The notes below the pieces were generated by a model, which saw nothing but the letters and a program-made list of their open reading frames with translations, was not told the DNA's origin and did no database searches. The translations under genes and the position numbers were made by a program. From Spirochaetota bacterium (GTDB lineage: Bacteria > Spirochaetota > UBA4802 > UBA5550): DNA of 64,000 nt. The stretch's first letter is position 1; each line of letters starts with the position of its first letter. This document shows positions 46,392 through 56,917 of this stretch, piece by piece. The stretch is from positions 2,560,001 to 2,624,000 of the forward strand of contig OY760686.1 of NCBI GenBank assembly GCA_963663865.1, read 5' to 3'.

Positions 46392-49083
46392 CTTGCCCCT
46401 CCCTGCCGTTTCGGAGAAACAGCAAATCGATAACAGATGGAAGCACGTACAACGAAGAAATCATGGACAGCATTATACCGAAAAAAAGAAGCACCCCGAA
46501 GGTTGAAACCCCCTGATGCCTCGCGAACACAATGCTACCAAGCCCGCTTACTGTCGTCAGCGCCGCGAAAGCCACAGCCCGCCCGTCGGTGTGAGACGAG
46601 ACAAACGCAGAGTGTTCCGGGGATTCTCTCCACCGGTGTACGATATGAACTCCGTACACGACCCCGAGCCCGAGCAGAAGCGGCAGCGCGGCAATATTTG
46701 CGACATTATATGATATATTCAATATATACATCAGGGACTGCATCCACAGCATGCCGGTCATAAGCGGAATTAATGCAAGAAACATTGACCCTACACTTTT
46801 CAAGTCAACAGCAAGAATGACGAGTACCATCAAAACAGCATATATCATTGCCTGAAATACAGCTAACGCAGCCTGCCTGACAAATACTCTGTGAGTAACG
46901 GGGAAGCCGGTTATGTTAGGAACCCTGGCCTTTACCTCAGCTACAAACCTGTCAAGGGCGCTTACGTCCCAAATAGACTCCCGCGGGTAAACAAGCAGTG
47001 CATACTCCCCCTTTTCACTTTTCAGCTGCGAGATCATGTCAGGGGGAACATCCTCTTCTGTAATTTCATTGAGACTCATCCATTTCCCCAGAAGCTGCGA
47101 ACCCCTTTGTAGATCCCTGAACAGGGTTTTTTCAAAGTCCCGTGTTCTTCCAAGTGCGGCCGAACTGTTGTCACCGGTTATAGCAGACCGAACTTTCTCC
47201 ATTGATACGATAAGCGCGTCAAGCGTCGTTACCAGATCTGACCTGCCGCCAGCGAAGGCGTCTTCAAGGGCATTCTGAAAAAATGGCAGGAGTTCCTCAA
47301 ACACAGCTTTGTAGTCCCTGCCGGAATATTCGCCTGCCGTATGCGGAATTTGGAAATTTCTCAAATAAGCTGAGTACTTTTTGATAATAGCTTGCTTTTC
47401 CTTTTGATCGGGAGGCACGAGCTGTGCGGCAGACTCGACTCGCGCTACAACAGTAAGCTTTTCGAGAGCTTCGGATATCTGTCTTACCTCCTGAAGGCTT
47501 TCAGCTCTCACAGCGGCAAACGACATTTTCATGTCGCTTGACTCCTCCATTTTTATCTGATATACAGTTGACTCGGTATCCTTTGGAAGAAGCGACAGCG
47601 CGTTATAGTCCATACCAATGTTAAAGAGAGAATACACCCCGAAACACATACCTGCAGCACTGACTGACACTATCGCCCATAGAACAGACCGCCGCTTTGG
47701 GGCCCGCGCAGCAATGTCGTCATCCTCGGTTTCATAGTGCCTCTGCTCAATTTTTACATTGAGAAGAAGGGCCGGCATCATGAGCAAAGTAACCACGAGC
47801 ACAATTATTATGCCAGTCCCGGCGGTCAGCCCCAGTTCAGAGTATCCGGAGAAATCCGAAAACGATATCGCAAGAAAAGCCAGTCCGGTAGTAATTCCGC
47901 CGGTAATTACCCCTCTGCCGGTACGGACTACCGCCGCCATGACTGACTCTTCAATGCTCTTTCCATTTCCCAGCTCTTCTTCTGTACGCCTTATAAAGTA
48001 TATTCCGAAATCTATCCCAATGCCAAAAAGGACCGCAAGAAACGCTGAGCTTATCAGATTCAGACGTTCAATAGAAAGCGATATAACTCCAAGGGTAATT
48101 GCCATGCCGCACGCTAACGGAATCAATGACAGTACCGTTTTCCTTATAGATGCAAAGCCGAATAGAAGTATAATGAGTACGAGAAATATCGAAAATGATC
48201 CCGCGCGCGTGACGTCGCTGAACACAGTTTCTGTTTCAGTTAGAACATGGGCCGGCATCCCTGTTATTGAACACTTCACCTTTTCCTTCAGGCCCGGATA
48301 AGTCTCGTAAACTCTCATACAGGCCGCCCGAATACCGCCAATAAGAGGCCGAAGATAAGAAATCTCATCACTCGCACCCCGAGGCTGAACCTTGATGAAG
48401 AGCATATTAAAATCTTTTGAGAACAGATAGCCTTCACTCTTAACCAGCCTGGCAGTTTCAGTGCCAGGCGCCATAAGAGAATCCAATGGCGATATACTGT
48501 TCCTGGCCGGATCTGCCATCCAGGAGTTCCACTCATCAAATACAGCTATAAGGGCTCCAAGCGCGAAGAGCTGAACATCCGGTGAAAGCGGCATTGCAGG
48601 ATTGGATATTCCCCGCTTCATAAGTTCAAGGACTTCGTACAGGTTATTTGTGGATGAAGCTTTACGGACAATCCCCGGATTTTGCTCAAGGGCTTCAAGC
48701 CCTCTCTTGAGGTCATTTAATGGAATAAACAGAGGCGCATTCTGAATAAAAAAATCGATGTTGCTTCTGTAAAAAACAGACCTGACATATTTTTTCTCTT
48801 TAGCTATTTCATCCGCAAAGTACTTTGCCGAGGATTTAAGAGAATCCGGACTGCCCTCAAGAACAACGATAATGCTGTCTGAAAGACCAAACTCGTTCAT
48901 GAAGTCAAGGTATTGGGACTGGGCCGGGTGATCTGCTGGAAGGAGTTCCTTCTGGGATGACGAAATTTTTATCCCCGGAATAAAAAAAGCCATTACAGCC
49001 GAAAGCACAAACACAGCTGCAATGACAACCCTTCCCTTTTTTAGAGCCAGGGTGAACAGCATTTGCATTATTCTACTCTGCAT
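46381..49083 (-). CDS. MMPL/RND lipid transporter (HpnN/BstA-like)
   Basis: Two repeats of periplasmic domain plus TM bundle; GIGIDFGIYF, LLGLGVVYGVHIVHRW. Confidence 0.88.
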   Translation of the reverse strand: MQSRIMQMLFTLALKKGRVVIAAVFVLSAVMAFFIPGIKISSSQKELLPADHPAQSQYLDFMNEFGLSDSIIVVLEGSPDSLKSSAKYFADEIAKEKKYVRSVFYRSNIDFFIQNAPLFIPLNDLKRGLEALEQNPGIVRKASSTNNLYEVLELMKRGISNPAMPLSPDVQLFALGALIAVFDEWNSWMADPARNSISPLDSLMAPGTETARLVKSEGYLFSKDFNMLFIKVQPRGASDEISYLRPLIGGIRAACMRVYETYPGLKEKVKCSITGMPAHVLTETETVFSDVTRAGSFSIFLVLIILLFGFASIRKTVLSLIPLACGMAITLGVISLSIERLNLISSAFLAVLFGIGIDFGIYFIRRTEEELGNGKSIEESVMAAVVRTGRGVITGGITTGLAFLAISFSDFSGYSELGLTAGTGIIIVLVVTLLMMPALLLNVKIEQRHYETEDDDIAARAPKRRSVLWAIVSVSAAGMCFGVYSLFNIGMDYNALSLLPKDTESTVYQIKMEESSDMKMSFAAVRAESLQEVRQISEALEKLTVVARVESAAQLVPPDQKEKQAIIKKYSAYLRNFQIPHTAGEYSGRDYKAVFEELLPFFQNALEDAFAGGRSDLVTTLDALIVSMEKVRSAITGDNSSAALGRTRDFEKTLFRDLQRGSQLLGKWMSLNEITEEDVPPDMISQLKSEKGEYALLVYPRESIWDVSALDRFVAEVKARVPNITGFPVTHRVFVRQAALAVFQAMIYAVLMVLVILAVDLKSVGSMFLALIPLMTGMLWMQSLMYILNISYNVANIAALPLLLGLGVVYGVHIVHRWRESPEHSAFVSSHTDGRAVAFAALTTVSGLGSIVFARHQGVSTFGVLLFFGIMLSMISSLYVLPSVIDLLFLRNGREGQVED

Positions 49084-49107
49084 AAGCAGCCCCTACAGCA
49101 GCGACCA

Positions 49108-51666
49108 TCAGGCCCAGATTACCGAAAAATCCGGATCGTACTTCCTCGAAAGCCCGTCACGATGAGGAAGCACCCTTACCGTAAAGGCGAACTGACCCGA
49201 CTGAAGACACAGCATACTGCCCTCATATTCGTAGTTGCCACGGCCGTCTGTCCCGGCGTACATCATTGGAACAGCAACACCGTCGACAATAGTGTCAAAT
49301 CCGTTCACTGAACCGAAGTAGAGCTCAACCAGCAGATCTTCCGGTGAGAGGTCGCCGGGCCGGACAATGGCCCTGACCTTAACCTTTGATCCGACTACCG
49401 CTTCCTTCTGCAAATCCGAGCTTATCTCACGGACAGAAACCTTTTCCCATACTGCAGCAGTCTTTTTCTTCCAGGAGCAAACGTCTCTGGCAAGTTCATG
49501 CCTGTTCGCTGAAAAAGTCCCGTGGTTGGATAAAGCCGTCATGTAGTAATCTTCGACATAGCTCTTAACCATACGGTTCGTGTTGAAAACAGGAATCAGC
49601 TTTCTCATTGAAGCGCGCATCCTGTTAAGCCAGTCGCAGGGCAGGCCGTCACCCCGCCGGCTATAGAAAAGAGGCTTTACATCGTTTTCAAGAAGATTGT
49701 AAACAGAAAGACTCTCAACCTCATCCTGATAGTTGTGATCGTCATAAACCTCGCCTTTTCCAATTGCCCAGCCGATATCAGGCTCATAAGCCTCGTCCCA
49801 CCAGCCGTCAAGAACGCTTATATTCAACCCACCATTCGGAATGACTTTCATTCCGCTCGTTCCTGAAGCCTCTTTCGGCCGAACAGGGTTGTTCAGCCAG
49901 ATATCAACTCCCTGCACCATGTAGCGGGCAATATTAATATCGTAGTCTTCAAGGAAGACAACCCTGTTTCTAAAGCGGTCATCTCCGCACAGGTGAATGA
50001 CCTGCCGAATGAGTTCCTTTCCCATATTGTCTCTCGGATGGGCCTTTCCGGCAAAGATTATCTGGACGGGCTTGCCCCTGTCGTTAAGGATCGCGTCGAG
50101 TCTGTCCAAATCACGGAAAAGAAGGTTTGCCCTTTTGTATGTCGCAAACCTCCTCGCGAACCCGATAGTAAGCGCATCAGGATCAAGAACAGAGCTGGAT
50201 CTTTCTGCCTCTTTGACTGTGGCACCCCTTGCAAGAAGCTGTTCCTTCAGCTTTTTCCTGGCGAAGCTGACAAGTCTCTCGCGCGATCTTTCCCTGCAGC
50301 GCCACAGTTCGAAGTCGGGGATGCTGTCTATGCGGGCCCATATACCAGTGTCAGCAGGACTCTCAATCCACCTCGGACCTAGATACCGGTTGAAAAGCCT
50401 CATCATCTCATCAGATGTCCAGGAAAGCGTCTGTATTCCGTTTGTGATATGACCAATAGGAACCTCATGCTCAGGAATTCCCTTCCATATGTTCTTCCAC
50501 ATATTTCTCGAAACGTGTCCATGAAGCTTTGAAACGCCGTTACAGCCGGCGGCGGTCTTCAGCGCAAGTACCGTCATGCAGAAAGTTTCCTTTCTGTCGG
50601 CAGGGTCTTCACGCCCAAGCGCGAGAAACTCTTCAGCAGACAGCCCCATCTCGCCAAAAATATGAGAAAAATATCCCGTTACCATTGTCGGGTCAAATCT
50701 GTCATTTCCTGCCGGTACTGGAGTATGAGTAGTAAAGACATTTGTTGAAGTCACAAACTCAAATGCCTCCCTGAAGGATATGCTATTCGATTTCATAATC
50801 TCTCTGATTCTCTCAATAGACAGAAATGCCGCATGACCTTCATTCATGTGAAATACCGATATGTCTTCACCGAGCGCCTTAAGGGCCCTTACGCCCCCGA
50901 TGCCGAGTAGCATCTCCTGTTTGATTCTCATCTCAATGTCGCCGCCGTATAGACCGTCAGTAATGGTTCTGTCCTCAGCGCTGTTGAGGTCAATGTTTGT
51001 ATCAAGAAGATAGAGCTTTATCCTCCCGATTTTTACCAGCCATACCTTTGCAAAAACATCGCGTCCTGGGAAATCGACGGCAACCACGACATTCTCTCCG
51101 TTTTCATTGACTACAGATGTGAGTGGGGAATTGTAAAAGTCAACTTCAGGAAAACGCTCCTGCTGCCAACCATCCATATTCAGATATTGATGGAAATAAC
51201 CGAACCTGTACAGCAGTCCAACTCCGCAAAGCGGAACACCGAGTTCGCTTGAGGACTTCAGATGATCACCGGCGAGAACGCCAAGGCCTCCCGAATAAAT
51301 CGGAAGGCACTCATGAATACCGAACTCAGCGGAAAAATAAGCTATTGAGTTATGTCCCAGGCTGTCAAAGTTTTCTTCAAACCATGATTTGATTTCAAGA
51401 TGTCGGTTAAGCTCGATGTCTACCTTTTCCATATGGGCAAGAAAACTCTCTGATTCTGCCGCCTCATCGAGCTGTGCCTGCGAAACAGCGCCCAGAAGCC
51501 TGACAGGATTGTGACCGCATTCTCTCCAGAGATCTACATCAAGCCTCCTGAAAAGTTCAATGGCCTCAAAGTTCCAGACCCACCAGAGGTTCATCGCTAT
51601 ACGGCTAAGCGGTTTCAGTTTCTCCGGCAAATAGGGTACAACCTGAAATTTATTAATCCGGGCCAT
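49108..51666 (-). CDS. glgP: Alpha-glucan (glycogen/starch) phosphorylase
   Basis: YSGGLGVLAGDHLKS, HMNEGH, FTTHTPVPAG, FARRFATYKRA, EASGTSGMK. Confidence 0.96.
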   Translation of the reverse strand: MARINKFQVVPYLPEKLKPLSRIAMNLWWVWNFEAIELFRRLDVDLWRECGHNPVRLLGAVSQAQLDEAAESESFLAHMEKVDIELNRHLEIKSWFEENFDSLGHNSIAYFSAEFGIHECLPIYSGGLGVLAGDHLKSSSELGVPLCGVGLLYRFGYFHQYLNMDGWQQERFPEVDFYNSPLTSVVNENGENVVVAVDFPGRDVFAKVWLVKIGRIKLYLLDTNIDLNSAEDRTITDGLYGGDIEMRIKQEMLLGIGGVRALKALGEDISVFHMNEGHAAFLSIERIREIMKSNSISFREAFEFVTSTNVFTTHTPVPAGNDRFDPTMVTGYFSHIFGEMGLSAEEFLALGREDPADRKETFCMTVLALKTAAGCNGVSKLHGHVSRNMWKNIWKGIPEHEVPIGHITNGIQTLSWTSDEMMRLFNRYLGPRWIESPADTGIWARIDSIPDFELWRCRERSRERLVSFARKKLKEQLLARGATVKEAERSSSVLDPDALTIGFARRFATYKRANLLFRDLDRLDAILNDRGKPVQIIFAGKAHPRDNMGKELIRQVIHLCGDDRFRNRVVFLEDYDINIARYMVQGVDIWLNNPVRPKEASGTSGMKVIPNGGLNISVLDGWWDEAYEPDIGWAIGKGEVYDDHNYQDEVESLSVYNLLENDVKPLFYSRRGDGLPCDWLNRMRASMRKLIPVFNTNRMVKSYVEDYYMTALSNHGTFSANRHELARDVCSWKKKTAAVWEKVSVREISSDLQKEAVVGSKVKVRAIVRPGDLSPEDLLVELYFGSVNGFDTIVDGVAVPMMYAGTDGRGNYEYEGSMLCLQSGQFAFTVRVLPHRDGLSRKYDPDFSVIWA

Positions 51667-51686
51667 TTACTCCTCCTTTGACCTTA

Positions 51687-52412
51687 TCAAGCAGCAGGCA
51701 GCTGAATAGTAATAATTGTTCCGTCTCCATCAACCGACTCAGCATTAATAAAGCCCCTGTTTCTCTCAACAAGGGCTTTCGCGGCGGCAAGCCCTGAACC
51801 GGAATGCCCCTCGCGGGTTGTGAAGCATGGTTCGAAAATTCTACTGATGATGTATCCGTCTATTCCTTCACCGCTATCTTTGATTGTTACTGCAGCGTAT
51901 TTTCTCCCTTCCCCTTCTCCCGAAAATTTAATTTCAAAGTCCAGCTTTCCCCCGTCAGGCATTGCATCTAGCGCATTCTGTATAACATACTCAAAAACGC
52001 GGGATATCTGCCGTCTGTCGGCAAAAACACTTTCCTTCCCTTGTGAACTGTTGATATTGACTTCAATGCTATCGGGGACATTAAGAGATGAAACCACCTC
52101 TCTTAGAATTTCGTTTACACTTATATTTTCACAGGACGGCCTGCCGGGAGCAGAAAAAGCGCTCATTTTCTGGACAATGCTTCTGATCTGGACTGCGGCC
52201 TTTTCTGCATCTGTAATATTTTCCAGAAGATCAGCTCTGAAAGGATCTATAACCATTCTGGCGAGCGACAGATTACCTATAAGCGCTGTAAGAGAATTGT
52301 TAAGGTCGTGAACCATCCCGCCAATGCTTACTCCTATTGACTCAAAAGGCTTTAATTCTTCCAATCTTTCTTTGAGATATTCCAGCATATTCCCGCCGCT
52401 TTCAATGCTCAT
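51687..52412 (-). CDS. Histidine kinase core (HisKA + HATPase_c) without sensor domain
   Basis: H box VHDLNNSL, N box QNALDAM, DSGEGI, IFEPCFTT, GSGLA. Confidence 0.85.
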   Translation of the reverse strand: MSIESGGNMLEYLKERLEELKPFESIGVSIGGMVHDLNNSLTALIGNLSLARMVIDPFRADLLENITDAEKAAVQIRSIVQKMSAFSAPGRPSCENISVNEILREVVSSLNVPDSIEVNINSSQGKESVFADRRQISRVFEYVIQNALDAMPDGGKLDFEIKFSGEGEGRKYAAVTIKDSGEGIDGYIISRIFEPCFTTREGHSGSGLAAAKALVERNRGFINAESVDGDGTIITIQLPAA

Positions 52413-52485
52413 TTATGCACCCCCGCTTAGCCCGGCATAGGTACTGCTTTAAATTTTAATCTTTTTTCAGTTATTATTGTTAAAA

Positions 52486-53691
52486 TTATACAGACACGTC
52501 ACTCAGATTTCCGGTAAATTCAAATCCGATAAGGATGATATCATCATTTTGATCATTTTTATTTCTGAATGCTCCCGCCCTTTCTATTATCCTGTCAACG
52601 GCCGTGTCAATATCCAAATAAGAAGTGTCTTTAATAATTTCGCTCAGTCCATCGTACCCGAGTTCTTTACCGCAGTTATTGACAGTCTCATTTATTCCGT
52701 CTGTATAGAGATAGAATCTGTCACCCGGCTTCAGCCTGATTTTTCTTGTCTCAAAACTGACATTGTCAAACAGACCAAGCGGCCTGCCTGATGGAGCTTC
52801 ATATTCGACATTCCCTGTATCTCTGTAATGCACAGCCATCGGACAATGTCCGCCTCTCGCAAAAACCAGATCCGCTCCGTCAGCTTCCGGCTCAATGTAA
52901 CCATAAATTGCAGTCAGAAAATATGGGCCCATCCCGAAGGAAACATCTCCATTGAGGCTTTTAAGAAATTCTGAAGGAGTCACCCGCTTCTCAGGGAATA
53001 TCCTGCCAATCGCCGATTTAACCATGGCAAGGAAGAGAGCCGCAGACAGGCCGTGACCTGTTACATCTCCTATAAAAAAACCGAGTCTTCCTTCTTCAGG
53101 CATAAACGCCAGAAGGTCGCCGCCTATTGACTCTTGAGGAATATATCTGTATGAAATGCGGAGCCCCGGCATTGCGGGCGGATTTTGCGGAAGAAGCTGC
53201 TTTATCACATCACGAGCGTATCGGATGTCCTTCTCATATATCCTGTTTCTTGCTTTGAGCTTCTCCTCGCTTTCTTTGAGAGCCTCAAGCGCCATTTTCC
53301 TGACAGTAACATCCTCCTTGATTGCAAGAAAGTGAGTAATGTTTCCGCAGCCGTCCCGGAAAGCTGAAATCGAAGCCTGCTCCCAGTATAAGGACCCATC
53401 CTTTTTCCTGTTTAAAAACTCGCCGCGCCATATCCGCCCATTGAGAATTTCATCCCACATATCCCGGTAAAGTGAATTATCATGATACCCGGACTTCAGT
53501 ATTGAAGGATTCTTGCCATACGCCTCTTCAGCTGAATAGCCTGTGAGTTCTGTAAATCTTGGATTTACATACTCAATAAGCCCGTCCTTATCGGTAATAA
53601 CAACAGTCGCAGGGCTCTGCTCAATTATCGCCATCAATACCTCGGGCAAGTCCTCAAACGAGCAGTAATCTGAGGCATCATTTTTCAGCAT
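52486..53691 (-). CDS. PAS-domain SpoIIE/RsbU-type PP2C phosphatase
   Basis: PAS/PAC (ITDKDGLIEYVNP, WRGEFLNRKKDG); GGD, GDVTGHG, YTDGINE, DDI. Confidence 0.92.
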   Translation of the reverse strand: MLKNDASDYCSFEDLPEVLMAIIEQSPATVVITDKDGLIEYVNPRFTELTGYSAEEAYGKNPSILKSGYHDNSLYRDMWDEILNGRIWRGEFLNRKKDGSLYWEQASISAFRDGCGNITHFLAIKEDVTVRKMALEALKESEEKLKARNRIYEKDIRYARDVIKQLLPQNPPAMPGLRISYRYIPQESIGGDLLAFMPEEGRLGFFIGDVTGHGLSAALFLAMVKSAIGRIFPEKRVTPSEFLKSLNGDVSFGMGPYFLTAIYGYIEPEADGADLVFARGGHCPMAVHYRDTGNVEYEAPSGRPLGLFDNVSFETRKIRLKPGDRFYLYTDGINETVNNCGKELGYDGLSEIIKDTSYLDIDTAVDRIIERAGAFRNKNDQNDDIILIGFEFTGNLSDVSV

Positions 53692-53706
53692 AGTTTCTCC
53701 AGAATA

Positions 53707-55311
53707 TCATATACTGTTTGAAAGTTCTTTTAAAGAATTAAGGACCTGCATGGCCCTGCCGCTGTCGATTGCCTCTGAGGCAGTATGAACTCCCTCTTCA
53801 ATAGAGACTCCCTTGTAAGCCGCAATTGCAAATCCAGCATTAAGGCATACTATATCCCTTTTGGGGCCGGTCGCCCCTGACAATATTGATAGAATAATCT
53901 CTGCGTTCTCAGCTGAATTTCCGCCCACTACATCTTTCAAAGAGCATTGGGTCATGCCCACGTCCTCAGGCTTGAAATCGTAAACCCTCACTCCGCCCTG
54001 AGTTATCTCAGCAATTCTCGTCGGCGCTGATAGAGATATCTCATCAAGCCCGTCCGAAGAGTTTACCACATAACCTTTAACAATACCAATATTTTTTAAA
54101 ACCTGGCCGATTTTTTCTACAAGTTCAGAAGAATATACCCCCATGACCTGATACCTTGCTCCTGCCGGATTCGTTAATGGTCCAAGAAGATTAAAAACTG
54201 TCCTGATGCCCATCTCCCTTCTGGCAGTAACAGCATGCTTCATTGCCGGATGAAGTTTCGGCGCAAAAAGAAAACCGATTCCCGTTTTTTCTATGCACTC
54301 CTCGACCTGTTTTGGAGTAAGGTCAATATTGACATTGAGCGCCTCCAGAACATCAGCGCTTCCTGACTTGCTTGAAACGCTTCTGTTCCCGTGCTTTGCC
54401 ACCTTTACTCCCGCGGCTGCCGCGACAAAAGCCGAAGCAGTGGATATATTAAATGTTCCGGACCCGTCACCTCCGGTTCCGCATGTATCAAGCACATCTC
54501 CAACTTCCGGATTTATCTTAACGCTCTTCTCCCTCATCACATTCGCGAAAGCGGTAATCTCCTCAGCCGTTTCTCCTTTTATACGGAGAGCGGTTAAAAA
54601 AGAAGCTATCTGTACGTCAGTGCATCGGCCTTCCATTATCTCAACCATCACGGTATTGGCTTCATGATTGGACATGTCTTCACCGGCTATAAGCCTTTCT
54701 ACTGCTTTGCGTATAATTGCTCCATTCTCAAGCGGCTTTTTACTGTATGTGTACGAGATAAAGTTCTTAAGAAGATTTTTGCCTTCTTCAGTAAGAATTG
54801 ATTCCGGATGGAACTGAACTCCTTCTGTGAGGTGAGATCTGTGGGCTGCTCCCATTATTTCACCGTCTTCACTCTCGGCCGTTATCTCAAGATCAGCTGG
54901 AATTGTTGAGGCGTCGATTACCAGGGAATGATATCTTGTTGCAGTAAAGTTGTTATTCAGATTAGCAAAGACTCCCTTCCCTCTGTGACTGATATGAGCT
55001 GTTTTACCGTGCATCAACGTAGCTGCCGGAATAATATCCGCTCCAAACGCGTAACCAATTGCCTGATGGCCGAGGCATACACCTAAAATCGGAATTTTAC
55101 CCGAGAATTTTCTGATAGCATCAACGCACACACCCGCATCTTCAGGACGTCCCGGTCCGGGAGAAATAATAATATGCGAAGGGCCCATGGCCTCAATAGA
55201 ATCAAGCGTAAGCGCGTCATTTCTTACTACTTCAACCTTTTGATTTAGCTCTTCAAGGTATTGTTTTAGATTATAAGTAAAGGAATCATAGTTGTCTATA
55301 AGTAAAATCAT
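53707..55311 (-). CDS. trpGD: Fused anthranilate synthase component II / anthranilate phosphoribosyltransferase
   Basis: [23 protein letters not shown]; [23 protein letters not shown]. Confidence 0.95.
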   Translation of the reverse strand: MILLIDNYDSFTYNLKQYLEELNQKVEVVRNDALTLDSIEAMGPSHIIISPGPGRPEDAGVCVDAIRKFSGKIPILGVCLGHQAIGYAFGADIIPAATLMHGKTAHISHRGKGVFANLNNNFTATRYHSLVIDASTIPADLEITAESEDGEIMGAAHRSHLTEGVQFHPESILTEEGKNLLKNFISYTYSKKPLENGAIIRKAVERLIAGEDMSNHEANTVMVEIMEGRCTDVQIASFLTALRIKGETAEEITAFANVMREKSVKINPEVGDVLDTCGTGGDGSGTFNISTASAFVAAAAGVKVAKHGNRSVSSKSGSADVLEALNVNIDLTPKQVEECIEKTGIGFLFAPKLHPAMKHAVTARREMGIRTVFNLLGPLTNPAGARYQVMGVYSSELVEKIGQVLKNIGIVKGYVVNSSDGLDEISLSAPTRIAEITQGGVRVYDFKPEDVGMTQCSLKDVVGGNSAENAEIILSILSGATGPKRDIVCLNAGFAIAAYKGVSIEEGVHTASEAIDSGRAMQVLNSLKELSNSI

Positions 55312-56789
55312 TTTATTTCTCCGGAAAGTTCTACGGCTTTTGTAAGAACCCGCATTTTATGTATCGTCTCGTAATATTCTTTTTCAGGAACCGAGTCGGC
55401 TACGATTCCGGCCCCTGCCTGAAGATATAAATTTCCGTTTTTTACAACAAAAGTCCGTATCGTTATACAGCTGTCAAAATTTCCGTTGTAAGAAAAATAT
55501 CCTATAAGACCAGAGTAAATACCTCTCCTGTCGGGCTCCAGGCTGGAAATTATTTCCATGGCCCTTATTTTAGGAGCCCCGGAAACAGTACCTGCCGGGA
55601 ATGTTGCCTTTATTAAATCAAACATATCGTACTCGCCTGAAAGTCTTCCGGTAACATTTGATACAATATGCATAACGTGAGAATAGTACTCTACGACCTT
55701 GAGGTCTTCAGTGCGCACTGTCCCGCCCGTGCAAACACGCCCGATATCATTTCTCGCTAGATCGACAAGCATTATATGTTCAGCAAGCTCCTTCTCATCA
55801 GACAGAAGATCCTTTTCCAGCTCCCTGTCCTCTTCCTGAGTCTTCCCGCGGGGCCTGGTGCCGGCGATAGGCCTTATATTTACGCGGCCTTCATTAAGCT
55901 GAACATGAATCTCTGGAGAAGATCCGATTACCTCAACATCATCGTATTTGAGATAGAACATATATGGAGAGGGATTGATTATGCGCAGGCTTCTGTACAG
56001 ATTAAAGGAGTCCCCGGACACCGGCACTCTCAATCTTTGCGAAAGGACGAGCTGAAAAATATCACCCGCGTAAATATAATCCTTAACCTTCTCTACGGAT
56101 TTCTCAAAGCTTTCCTTTGAATAATTTGACTTATATCCCGGTCCGCCTTTAACAGTAAAGGGAACTGCCGGCTCAGCAGCCCTGGTAATTGAATCCACCA
56201 TTGATTCAATTTGTCTGACCGACCGGCTGTATATTTCTTGAGGATCATCCCCCTCATTAATCCTCAAGGATGAAACCAGATAAAGTCTATGACTCAAATT
56301 GTCATAGACCGCCATTGAATCGGCAAGCATCAGGGCGAAGTCTCTGTCCCCTGTTTCTTTTTGCTTTGTCATATCGATTTTTTCGAAGTAGCGTACCGTG
56401 TCGTATCCTATATAACCAACTGCTCCGTTTACAAACGGAGGGAGTTCAGGGTTTGTATACGCTACTGTCTTTTCAAAATACTTCCTGGCAAACTCAAGAG
56501 GATTGGACAACTCTTCTTTTTCTACAGTATTACCATCTTTTACAAGGCTCACTATACCGTTACTGCAGATGATAATACTGTCCGAGCTGCCCATGAATGA
56601 GTAGCGGCCCATATGTTCACCGCTGACAGCGCTTTCAAGCAGGAATTGATATCGCCCCTTTCTCAGCTTTTGGAAAAGCGATATCACCGAATGTGTATCA
56701 CCCAGAATTTCCGCGTAGACCGGTATGAGATTATATTGATTGCTGAGCGAACAATACTCATCTTTCTGAGGATGTATCTTTATTGTCAT
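55308..56789 (-). CDS. trpE: Anthranilate synthase component I
   Basis: [50 protein letters not shown]. Confidence 0.95.
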   Translation of the reverse strand: MTIKIHPQKDEYCSLSNQYNLIPVYAEILGDTHSVISLFQKLRKGRYQFLLESAVSGEHMGRYSFMGSSDSIIICSNGIVSLVKDGNTVEKEELSNPLEFARKYFEKTVAYTNPELPPFVNGAVGYIGYDTVRYFEKIDMTKQKETGDRDFALMLADSMAVYDNLSHRLYLVSSLRINEGDDPQEIYSRSVRQIESMVDSITRAAEPAVPFTVKGGPGYKSNYSKESFEKSVEKVKDYIYAGDIFQLVLSQRLRVPVSGDSFNLYRSLRIINPSPYMFYLKYDDVEVIGSSPEIHVQLNEGRVNIRPIAGTRPRGKTQEEDRELEKDLLSDEKELAEHIMLVDLARNDIGRVCTGGTVRTEDLKVVEYYSHVMHIVSNVTGRLSGEYDMFDLIKATFPAGTVSGAPKIRAMEIISSLEPDRRGIYSGLIGYFSYNGNFDSCITIRTFVVKNGNLYLQAGAGIVADSVPEKEYYETIHKMRVLTKAVELSGEIK

Positions 56790-56917
56790 ATTTCCACCGC
56801 CTGATATTTACGAACCAGTGAACGGTATCATTTCGGCCCATGGATTTTCAACAATATTTTTAGAGGATAAGAGGTTTTTGCGGGAATGTTTCTATATATA
56901 GAATCACCAATACTTCA

